From positions 9,649,888 through 9,713,887 of the forward strand of contig NC_092676.1 of the NCBI RefSeq assembly GCF_964355755.1: a DNA stretch of 64,000 nt. Reading direction: 5' to 3'. Below the pieces are notes generated by a model, which was given only the letters and a program-made list of their open reading frames with translations, searched no databases and was not told the DNA's origin. Shown piece by piece: positions 15,001 through 27,000 of this stretch. How positions within the stretch are numbered: the first letter of the stretch is position 1; every line of letters begins with the position of its first letter. Position numbers and translations under genes: made by a program. The stretch comes from Antedon mediterranea (lineage: Eukaryota > Animalia > Echinodermata).

Positions 15001-18000
15001 AATCCACAAAAATTTATTGTTTTAATTAAACAAAAACTGCGTCTCCTACACAATTTGCACTATGTTTTGTAATGTAAATTCAGCACCAGTTATCGATGAA
15101 TTTTTGTCTGGTACGGTTCTATTGTACGAAATTAATTATTTACCATTTGTATAAAATTAATTATTGATTAATATTCAAGGTCATTTTTAAAGATCAAGTT
15201 CATTTGCTGAGGTCAAACGTCACCGATAAAAGATAAATACAACATTTCAAATAGTTTAACTTTATATAGAACTGGCAAATTTTATTAACAGAATTAACTA
15301 TCATAACGCATTATAATGCCACTATAATAATCCCTTATTATTTATATTATTAAATATTATATTTAATATTATATATAAAATATTCATAACACAAGGCTTA
15401 TCAAATCTCTTTTGGATATTTAGTGGTTCTGAAAAGAACCGTTTGTTTTGATTGTTTTTTTCTAATTTTTTGTCTTCTTTTTTTCCCCAGATTTTCCAGC
15501 AAAGGTTGATACCATTAATCCCTTATGACCACAAGATCCCCATTCTTTAAATCTGCAATTATTTCATCCATATCCATATAATAGTGGTCAATCTCCTTTG
15601 TCGATGGATCCGTCTAAACAATTTTAAATTCGCCAGTTGTGTCCTTAAACTCTGCAATGGTTGCTTCACCACCACCAACTCCATTCTTTTCATTGGACCA
15701 CAGATGAGTAATTTTTTTCTCAAAAAGAATCAGCGGATAAATTCTTACATTCTTTATTTGCAAGTTGTCTATTACTCTAGTAGCTAGATCAACTTTCGTA
15801 TGCACTTTGAGGTCCAGAGAATTTGACTTCAGAAATTGGTTTAGGGTGGTCAAACAATCATTTTTGGCTTGGTTACACATTTTGAAAATGTGGCGAAAGG
15901 TCAAAAGGTCAGGGTGAAAGGTCATAAGACCAAACACCAATATGTCCTTAAATCTGAACAACCACTGGTCACAGCGAAGTAATTTTGGTCTCAAATTGAT
16001 CAGAAGGTATACATTTATATTCAGTCTAATGGGACATTTTAGTTTAAAATGACCGGAAATGCCATTTCTGACCTTTGACCCACAACCCAGGGCATGTATT
16101 TATCTCCGTAACTACTGGTCGTAGACACTTGAATTTGGTTTTAAATTGTTCGAAATATATATTTTGTTATTTGAAAAACATTTTGAAAAATGTTACAAAA
16201 GGTCTAAGGGTCAGGGTCAAGGGTTATATAAACAAATAAATAAAGGTACTTGTATCTCGGCAACCACTGGTCGCAGCAAGTCAATTTTGGTCTCAAAATG
16301 TTCAGAAGGCATGCATTTATATTCCGTCTAATGGGGCATTTTAGTAAAAAATGATCAGAAATGCCATTTCTGACCTTTGACCCACATACCAGGGCATCTT
16401 CATATCTCTGTAAGTACTGGTCGTAGAAACTTAAATTTGGTATTAAATTGTTCGAAATATACATATTTACATTCATTGTAATAGAAAATGTGGTTAAAAG
16501 ATGAACAGAAAATACTATTACTAATGTTTCAAACAAAAAACATATCTCTACACAACTTATCCTTAGACAGTAATGTTATGCAATATGATACTTTAAATTG
16601 TTTCAATTTCAAGTAGGCCTACTAGTTATTGCTGTCCACGAGAACATTTTGATATAAACGTCAAGCTCAACAGTTCTTTTCAGAATGCTAGAAGTAACTT
16701 GCCATGTGTATCCGATTAAACGCCCCGGGCATTTATTGTTCAAAAGGGTTTTTAGGGGGAGGAGAGGCATCTTTATTTGGGGTATAATATGGTAACATGT
16801 ATGATCAAATAAATACCACCTAGATGTAAAAAAATACAGCACAATTAATATAAAAAAATGATAACATTATGTCAAAATGCTTGGTAAATTGTAGATTATG
16901 GTAATTAATGAAATGTGTTGTGATACAATTATTTTGTAAATGCATGTGGCAGAGCGTTTATTCCACATGATGTTCTATTGGAGGGAATGGAGGCTTTTAT
17001 TCAAAGCGGGTGTTAATTCGAATAAATAATCGAGATCAACAGTTAAGAATGCTAGAAGTAACTTACTATAGTTACCCGAATAAAAGGTCCGGGCAGTTAG
17101 TTATTCATGGAAGGCGTTTATTTTGTTTGGGTGTAATAATGGTAACATGTATAATCAAATAAATACACCCCAGATAAAAAAAAAAAATTAATATAATAAG
17201 AATAATAACTGGATTAAACCTCATTCTATCCTGTTGCCAGTACAATCATGTAATAAAAGGTATCACAGACAACTATAATAGACCAATTCATTGTCATTAT
17301 TCCGTAACACTGTTGCATAATATTTTTGAATGACAAAACAAGACAAAACTTATACATAATAATATGTATAAGTTTTGTCGGTGTATATTATACACGTCTG
17401 TTCCCAGTGTAGATAATAAAACAATATATGTTTCTGGAGATTTATTATCAATACCACTAGAAACTTTGACATGTTTTAGGTACTGAATTCATTGACAATA
17501 AAAGCATCAGAAGTTATCATGATAAAATCATACTACAACACTGTACTACAGTACACAAGGGTGTTTTCAGGAAAGCTGGACATATTGTACAATAGTAATG
17601 AAGCTATGTATTGGCATTTAAAAATATGCAAAAGATTGTTGTCAAATTGTAGTCACAAACAAACAGATGATAGAATGAAGATCCATTATGAGTGCAATTG
17701 TGTCAGGATAATGATATGTCATTGTTTTATATCATTATACTGGCACCTGGAAGAGAAGATCCATTTAATGTTATCTATGACAGTGTCACTTTTATTCTAA
17801 AAGACAGAAACATTTCGTTAAAAAGCATAAAGAAGAAAACGAATCATGTAAAGTACCTTTTATCAGTTGAGAAACGAATTATAATTATTAAAATTAGAGT
17901 ATTTATTCGAATTAACACCCGCTTTGAATAAAAGCCTCTCTCAAATAAACGCCACCATTCCCTCTAATAGAACACCATGTGGAATACGCCCGCCACATGC

Positions 18001-21000
18001 ATTTACACAATAATTGTATCACAACACATTACATTAACTACCATAATCTACAATTTACCAAGCATTTTTTTCACTTTTTGATATTAATTGTGCTGTATTT
18101 TTTTTTACATCTAGGTGGTATTTATTTGATTATACATATTACCATATTATACCACAAATAAAGATGCCTCCCCTGCCCCTAAAAACCCCTTTGAACAATA
18201 AATGCCCGGGGAGTTTAATCGGATACACATGGCAAGTTACTTCTAGCATTCCGAAAAGAACTGTTGAACTTGACGTTTCTATCAAAATGTTCTTGGGGAC
18301 AGCAATAACTAGTACTTGAAATTGAAACAATTTAAAGTATCAGTTATTGCATAACATTACTGTCTAAGGATAAGTAATGTAGAGATATGTTTTTTGTTTG
18401 AAACATTAGTAATAGTATTTCTGTTCATCTTTTAACCACATTTTCTATTACAATGAATGTAAATATGTATATTTCGAACAATTTGATACCAAATTTAAGT
18501 TTCTACGACCAGTACTTACAGAGATATGAAGATGCCATGATATGTGGGTCAAAGGTCAGAAATGGCATTTCTGATAATTTTTGACTAAAATGTCCCATTA
18601 GATTGAATATGAAAGCATGCCTTCTGAACATTTTGAGACTAAAATTGACTTGCTGCGACGAGTGGTTGCCGAGATACAAGTATCTATTTTTATTTGTTCA
18701 TATAACCTTTGACCTTGACCCTTTGACCTTTTGTAACATTTTTAAAAATGTGCTACAAATAATAAATATTTATTTCAAACAATTTAAGACCAAATTTAAG
18801 TGTCTACGATCAGTAGTTACGGAGATACATACATGCCCTGAGGTGTGGGTCAAAGGTCAGAAATGGCATTTCCGGTCATTTTTGACTAAAATGTCGCATT
18901 AGACTGAATATAAATGTATACCTTCTGATCAATTTGAGACCAAAATTACTTCGCTGTGACCAGTGGTTGTTGAGATTTAAGGACATATTGGTGTTTGGTC
19001 CTATGACCTTTCACCCTGACCTTTTGACCTTTCGCCACATTTTCAAAATGTGTAACCAAGCCAAAAATGATTGTTTGACCACCCTAAACCAATTTCTGAA
19101 GTCAAATTCTCTGGACCTCAAAGTGCATACGAAAGTTGATCTAGCTACTAGAGTATATGTCTTTGTCAGCTATCAAGCTTGCCAAATTCTCTTTCAACTG
19201 CTCTACAGAAAATTGCTTCCCTTTTGACGAAAAACAGAAAAGTGCAGCGTTTGCCTTCTGATTCAAAATTCTTTTTCTCACATTCAGCTGGCCTTTAAAG
19301 CTATCACTTGCTTCTTCTTTGTTCCTAGATCTCCAAATTAGAATTCATACTGCAGCTGCATCAGGTCGTTTAGCAGGTTTTCGTTCAACAGCCTAAGTCT
19401 ATCTGCCTTTTCCACCATGCCTTTGCGTTTTTCATCTAGGTGGTTCTTCTTATCTTCTGCTAAGGCTTGTGTTCGTTCTGCATCTATTTGATTGCTTCGC
19501 AAACAAAGCATTCTGGCCTTTGAAAGTAATTCTTCCCGTTCCTTTTCTGATTTTGTTGAAAGCCATTCTGACGTCTTATTGCACTTATATACTATCTTAC
19601 TTTTAACTCAAACTGGCATTCAGGGCTTGCTTTATATAATGGTCCAGTAATCCAAATACTCTCACCACTAATATTGTTGCTTGTACAGGACTTTGCTTGT
19701 TCTTTTAACTCCTCGCTGGGATTGTGGTGAATACCGCCTGGAGAAGTTGGTCTTCCAACTGTCGTCTACAAACATCAACTATAACTTCTAAAAGTGTTCG
19801 TAGCAAAGCTTCAATTTGCTGATCATTTTCTTGTGGGCGCATTAAATCCATAAAAACATCATCTTTGATCATTGGAACATCTTCAAACAAGCTCTCCGCC
19901 TTCCCATTAACAAGTGAAGATGCATCTAACTTCCATGTTTTCATTTTTTGAACAGCTAGAGTAAAGGGTACATTTAAGTCAAGAATATTTTGGTCTTTTT
20001 CTATGAGTTTCATCCAAGGACCAGATACATACTTGCCAATAATACCGAGAGCTCGGCACCCAGTCTGGTATTGTGATGTCCTGCTGTTAACCAAGACGGA
20101 TTGCTGCAAGTCATTAGTAGGTGACCATACTTTTGTGAGAAATTCAACTAAATGTGGCAGCAACAGATGAACACCCCCAGCATTTCGGTACAAGATGTGG
20201 AAACGGTTTCCCATGATAGGCGATAGTATGTTGCTAAGGCTAAGCTTGAAACCTTTACTTCTTAGAAATACAGTCGACTCCGCCTAAGTCGAATCTAATG
20301 GGACCGGTATAAAAATTCGAGTTACGCGAACTTCGACTTACAGATTTTCCAAAAAAAATGCTAGGCCTAGGTTCACTCGCTAGCCGCGCTATGGCTAGGC
20401 CTAGTGGACCCTGCCCTGTCGCGATCGCGGCCCACCACGCGATGAGCCTTCTTGAATTGAGTTTGCTTAGCTAGCTAGCTAGCTAGCTAGGCCTAATAAA
20501 TGCTAATCCTCTTTATCGGCAATGATAAACTGGGATCAGGTGCCGTTTTCGGCCACCTCGACTTATATGGACTATACCATTATTATGATAGGGGTGTGGT
20601 GTATTATGTTTTATGTAGAGAAGGGTGTCTATTAATGGGAAGACAATACAATTGTTCTGTTATGTAACCTACAGTACAAACTACAAGGAACAACACAGAA
20701 CATCAAAAACTAGCATGTTAAAAAGGCATGTTATTATTAGGTAGGCCTACTGTGTTAGGGAATGCCAAGATTTTGTAACAATATTACTATGTTTTTATAT
20801 AAAACAAATTATATAGACAAATTTAATGAAGAACCATCTACTAACTGGATAAAGCCATTTAGGAAAAATAATAAACAAGTTGATCATAACGAGTGGTTTT
20901 CAAAGGCCCAAAGCAAAACAAAATTCCATGCAAAACAACGTTAACGGAATATACTATGTATAAAGGAACCAAACCTTGAACAATATTTGTTAGATAAAAC

Positions 21001-24000
21001 TAATTTTAAGAGTATCCATTTAAAATTTAAAGCAAGATCAAACTCTCTAGATCTTGAGGGTCGTAGAAAATCATGGTCAAATCATAACACAGGATTATGT
21101 AAGATGTGTACAGTACAAACGAAAAAGAAACAGTAAACCATTTTTTATTTAAATGTCCTTCATTAAACTCTGTTAGACAATAATTAAGTATGTACCGGGA
21201 TAATTTTAATCAGTGGACCTCAGTTAAAACACCACTTTATGCTAGACAATTTATTCACTGAAAATGAAACATTAGGAAAAATCTTTGATTTTTATTGTAA
21301 AACATATTTAATGAAAGCATGGGTTACTAGATCTACAATTTTATCAACATTACCTCTCTCAACTAATTGATTAATATAGTAAACAAGCTACAGACATCTC
21401 TATGAGGATGTATCTGTAAGTTTTATTTATTTCTTAGGCCTATCCTGTATTTTTGTTGTTCTGTTTTTATTTTTGTAGTTATATATATTGTACAATATAC
21501 GTATTATGTATTTTCATACAGATCTAATTAATTAGTTTACATTTTGTTTTGATGTTATAGTATTTAGAACTTTGTGGCTTATGTTATTTGTAATTTTGTC
21601 TGTAAATTGGATGCACCATTAACTGATAAATGTGTGACGCCGATATAAAGATTAAGATTTTTTTTTCTCTATTTTGCTATGGATATTATATTATGTCACC
21701 ATGATATTCCGAAATAAAAAGATAAATGAAATGAATGAATGAAAAGGTGATTCCTATGAATAAATAAATAAATAAAAACTATATAAGTAGGTATACTTAC
21801 TTATTATATATAAAAACTAAACTAAACACTACAGTATAATCAAAATTAAAGCATATTAAATACTAGGCCTATGTTATTCCTATCTAGATTTAAACACTTT
21901 AAATTTTAGTACAATCGGATTCGAAATTAGAAAATCTTAAATCGGAATTAAAACATCCTAAATACTACATTACAATCGGTTAAATTACCTAAACTCTATA
22001 ATGTTGTGAAATATGTAAAAGAATGTAGGCAAATGCATTCTAATCGGCCCAATCCTATCAGTAGATAAATCATATTTTTTATTTTCTTGAACTAAACATA
22101 AATAAAACGAAAGAAATAAGGATTGATTTTCGAAAACATAATTGGTCTGACAGTATACATTAATTAAAGTAAAGGAAGTAGAGATTGTTAACAATTATTG
22201 ATAAGTATCTGGCAGTAGTGTTTGACTAAAGCTAAATGGGTGGACATGTTGATCGTAGTTAAGAAGTTAAATACAAGGCTGTACTGCTTGAGCTAGGAAA
22301 CTCGGTTCTTTGGGGTAAAGCAGGATATTTGTATTATAGAATGTTTATGTTTTACTAATCAGTGATGTTCTATTTGGGCATATTGTATATTGGGCTAGGA
22401 ATATCAGTAAGGGAATGTAAGGGGGATAAAGACCGAATTGAGAAGGTGCTGGGTAGAGCGTGGAAAGTAATTGGTTTGTCTAGTATGCAAATGCTTGACT
22501 CCTTCTACAGCGAACAGCTTGCCGATGTATTCCATGCTATATTGGAAGACACCAATCATCCTCTTCATGGCGACATTATCAGCTCCGTTTTACATTCGCT
22601 ATTATAACGTTTTGATGCAAACGTTGTTCAATTAAAACATGTATTTCTACACAGAAACGTTTAAAAACGTGTTTAAAACATGTTAGAAAGACCAAACCTA
22701 AAAACATGCAATGTCAAACGCTGTGTTTTCTGGGAACAAAATGGTACAGATTCACTGACAAAATTATAATGTTTATTTGTTTTACTGATTACCTAATAAT
22801 CAGTATGTGATACATGTACTACTGTCATCTTTATTAAATGTACTACTGTGTTATCGTTAGGTAAATTATATTTTTTATTTGTAACTGGAATAAAAACTTT
22901 CTTTATATACTTTCTGTATCTATAAATCTGTAAAAATTATATAGAAATAAAGAGCCATAATATACTGCATTAACTTGAAAACTGAAATTAATTCTACAGC
23001 ATGCAGGGCGTAGTTGTTTTCCCTTTGTTGCTGACACAACAAGAAAAACAAAAGAACAAAAGGAGCAGTATTTTAACACATTAACACACTCAATTAATAA
23101 ATGGGACACCCCTATTTTCCCATCTTTTTATAATGGTATAGTCCATACAAGTCGAGGTGGCCGAAAACGGCACCTGATCCGATAAACTGTATTTTCTTTT
23201 ATTGTTTAAGCCCGAAACAATACAAAAACGTATAATAAATACATTTCGGTTTTTATTCGAAATCGGTATCCATTGTTTATTGCAATTCCTGTCTAGCACA
23301 AAATAGGTACCCACAAAACGCCGCTCAAGTTCTCAACTCGATCTGAAACAACTCATACACATACACTAGCGCGAGTTGTAGGACGCCACCTGTACTATAC
23401 AACCTGCTTGAGAGAACCGATATGGTCCCACATTATCCCCTCTGTTGTTTGTTTATCGAATTACGTACGTTTCATCGGCTTTTTTAGCGCGTTGTTGCCG
23501 CGTAATTTGTGACTTCGACTTATACGATATAAATCACTAAAGAATGTGAGTATTCGGACCGCAAAAAGACGTCGACTTAGACGAATTTCGACTTAGAAAA
23601 ATTCGACTTACAAATAAAAATTACACAGTAATGTATAGGAAAGAATTGGGACTTTCCTAAAAATTCGACTTTCGCGATTTTTCGACTTACGCGGAGTCGA
23701 CTGTATATCAACTTCAGCGGGCAAACCAACAGCATTGTTAAAACATAGCTTACAAACTGCAGTGATGAAACTTTGAGCACCACTCAAACTTCTTCGGCCA
23801 AATGACATGACCTTGTGTTCAGCAGGCAAATTTGTTTCCTCCCACAATAAAATGGATTTGTCACATGACTTAGCAAAAGTATCAAGCGGTTGCATTCCAC
23901 AGAAAAATTCATTAAGGTGTTGCTGGCTGGCCTTCTGATTTTGATTCTACAATCTCCCTGTTTACCACTTTATTTACTCCACACCGGTCAGTCATTGTGT

Positions 24001-27000
24001 TGGATATTGAGTCCAGAATGTGTTGTCTTGACGTTGATCCACCTAATGCCTGGCTTGCTGCGCCTATGTTGTCAAATGACTGAATATTAATACCTTGCAT
24101 GTTAGCAGCACCAGTTCCTGAGGGAAGTCGCGTTATGCCGGTTGTGTATGTGGTCTCCTTGTCCGCAATTTGAACCTCTAGGTAGTGTGTACGCTTCTTG
24201 TTGGTGCCATCATACTTTAATGTTGTATCAAGTGCTGTTTCCAAGACTTCGCTTACTTGAATACGAGATAGCTCTCTCATCTCTCTCTCAGCATACGCAA
24301 GCAAGTTACAGCATCAGGTAGAGGTCCTATCTTACAACCAGCAAGTTCTTCTACTGCACGCAATACAGGTGCAATATTCTTAACTGGAATCTCCTGTTCA
24401 AGACTGAAGTACACAGCATTCCTGACGGGCCAGTTAAAACTTAAAAGTCTGCCCATCTTTTTTTATTTCAATTAATGCTGATGGTGTTGCTGCAGCAATC
24501 TCTTCATTAGACATTAAGTTTTAAATTATTGTCTTGAAGACTTCTCACTTTCTTCTGTTCTACAGCAAGATATTCCTTTAGAATGTTTACTTTTGAGGTC
24601 ATGTTTTCAGCTTTATTGAATTCACTTGTTTTTCTGTTTTTTGGCAGATGACAGTTTTACTTTGAGATCCGTAATTTGTTGATCTGCAGGTTTTGGCTTT
24701 CTTCAATTTGTGTTCTTTCTTTAAATAGTCTGGTTCAGTCGTTTGCAACTGCCTATCCTCGTTACCACAACTTTTGGTTTCATTTCTGCTTCTTTCTTTA
24801 CTTCACTATTGAAGCTTGCAACAATTTAACTTCATTAGCTAATTTTTCATTTAATGAAAATTGTGCTTCACAATCTTTACAGGAAGAAAGTTGCAGTTCC
24901 TGGTATCGCCGCTTCACTCTCTTTTGGCTTGTACAGGTACTTGGGGATGCTAGTCAAGTCGCCCCATCGCAAAGTCGCCCCATACAAAGTCGCCCCTTAC
25001 ACAGTCGCCCCATCGCAAAGTCGCCCCAAAACAAAGTCGCCCCGACACAGTCGCCCCATCGCAAAGTCGCCCCATCTCAAAGTCGCCCCAACGCAAAGTC
25101 GCCCCATCACAAAGTCGCCCTATCGCAAAGTCGCCCAAAACGTAAAAAAATAGTTTACAAGTGCGTAAAATGTCGCAATGATACACAAAATAACACGGAA
25201 CGTGTAGGCATAAAAGGGGAAGCCCCGCCATGTAGTCTCAGGTCACACGATCGGCACGCACCCCCATCATCAGAGTGGAAACCCCTTACCAGCAGAGGGA
25301 AACCCCGTAATTACTCCGCCGTTGTCGCACTACAACGCACCATTCTGAAGATGGGGAAACCCCGCCGGAGTTTTACGATGATATCAGTCGCGTTCGAAAT
25401 CGGTCGCGTTTAATTTTGGTCGCGATAAAATGATGTTATACGATCTAGATTATTTTTACTTTGGTCGATGAATATTTATTGTTATTATTAGGCCTATATT
25501 AATAATTGATTTTTGTTTTTATTTTACAGGTCAGTATGATGGGAAAGATGTGTGCCTTAAAAAAATGACAATTTGTAAACATAGTTTAAGATTATAGTAT
25601 TATCCAGCATAATGTCATTTGACAGTACATAATTATTTAAATGTGAAATATTTTATAGGAAACGTAGACTTTCAAACAAGGGACTATTTTTTTAATGATT
25701 TTTAAAAAGCACATCACTCCATTAAAACCTGTAAAATAAAAATGTTATGTATATAATAGGATAAACATTGTAATGTAGGCCTATACGACATTTAGCGCGA
25801 CCAAAGTAACAAACGCAATCGATATCAAACGCAACAAGGCGGCGCTTCATAATCATACCGAAATAAAACCGTGTGTGATGGGGCGACTTTGCGATGGGGC
25901 GACTTTGCGATGGGGCGACTTTGCGTTGGGGCGACTTTGCGCTGGGGCGACTTTGTAATTGGGCGACTTTGCGATGGGGCGACTGTGCCTGGGCGACTTT
26001 GTTTTGGGGCGACTTTGCGATGGGGCGACTTTGTATTGGGCGACTTTGTATGGGGCGACTTTGCGATGGGGCGACTTGACTGGATCCCGTACTTGGTACA
26101 GGGAGAGCAAACTCTTCTGACATAAATGCCTCTAGTTTTGGTTTATTTTTTTTCTTCAACTTTTGCCGCAAACTATGAGCATTTGTAATCTTAGTTCTTA
26201 GAGTACTATCTTTAATATTGCTTGTTAATGTTATGCGCGATTTGAACGATTTGCGCAATTTGAAATTGCGCAAAAAAAATCCTTGCGCAATTTGAATTGA
26301 AACATGTGTTTCAAATTGCGCAAGCAACGTATTAAATTGCGCAAGTAATCTGCAAATTGCGCAAGGTTTTTCGACAGATTGTGAAATCATGCACACCCAT
26401 ATTTTTATAGTAATTTCTAAGAATGATTCAAACTTAAAGATAAATATCGCATTTCCTTATTTTAGTACTGCAAATATTGTTATAAGTTAGCATACCGTCG
26501 AAGAACCGACGAAGGGAAACGAAGCGGTGGTGTTCCACCAGGCGGGCGCGGCGCGGGCGGCCGTCTATACTACTCTAGCCTAGCTAGGGTCTGGACTACT
26601 GATACTGACTAGGTTACATGGCCTAGCTTAAACTAATATTAAAAACTTAAAAAGTGAGTTTTAAACATTATCTTCATTGAAATGGTCTTATTTATATAAT
26701 AAAATACTAAATTTTAAACTCCTCTGCCTAGGCCTAGCCTAGCCATGTATGGGAAAATTTACAGTTCGTTTTCAAATTGCGCAAAGGTGTCATATTGCGC
26801 AAGAACTATCTTGCGCAATTTACAAATTGTGCAGCGCAATTTAAAATTGCGCAAAGATTTTCTTGCGCAATTTGAAATTGCGCAAGTTGATTGCGCAATT
26901 TGAAATTGCGCAAAAAAATCCTTGCGCAATTTTAAATTGCGCAAGAATTCTTTGCGCAATTTCAAATTGCGCAAGGATTTTTTTTCGCAATTTCAAATTG

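Larger units (their letters stand above)
20533..23180. mobile_element. Mutator/MULE-like non-autonomous element, ~50-bp TIRs, 9-bp TSD GATAAACTG
   Basis: GGATCAGGTGCCGTTTTCGGCCACCTCGAC ... GTCGAGGTGGCCGAAAACGGCACCTGATCC. TSD at 20524-20532 and 23181-23189. Confidence 0.85.
20271..23703. mobile_element. pogo/Tigger-like non-autonomous element (TA TSD) carrying a nested MULE
   Basis: TA|CAGTCGACTCCGCCTAAGTCGAA ... TTCGACTTACGCGGAGTCGACTG|TA. Removal restores the host frame PAEVDIFLRSKGF...GNRFH. Confidence 0.85.

Noticed and set aside
15614-19227. Two near-identical ORFs (15614-15994 minus, 18934-19227 plus) beginning MRPKLLRCDQW
   Set aside because: They are the two arms of the same TIR, not genes.
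24676-26396. Long ORFs with SQSRP/KVAP repeats and a CRISPR-like look of the AAGTCGCCCC arrays
   Set aside because: These are subterminal tandem repeats of a TIR element with only 5-7-nt variable linkers, in a eukaryotic context with no cas genes. The ORFs are by-products, apart from the transposase segment at 26097-26224.
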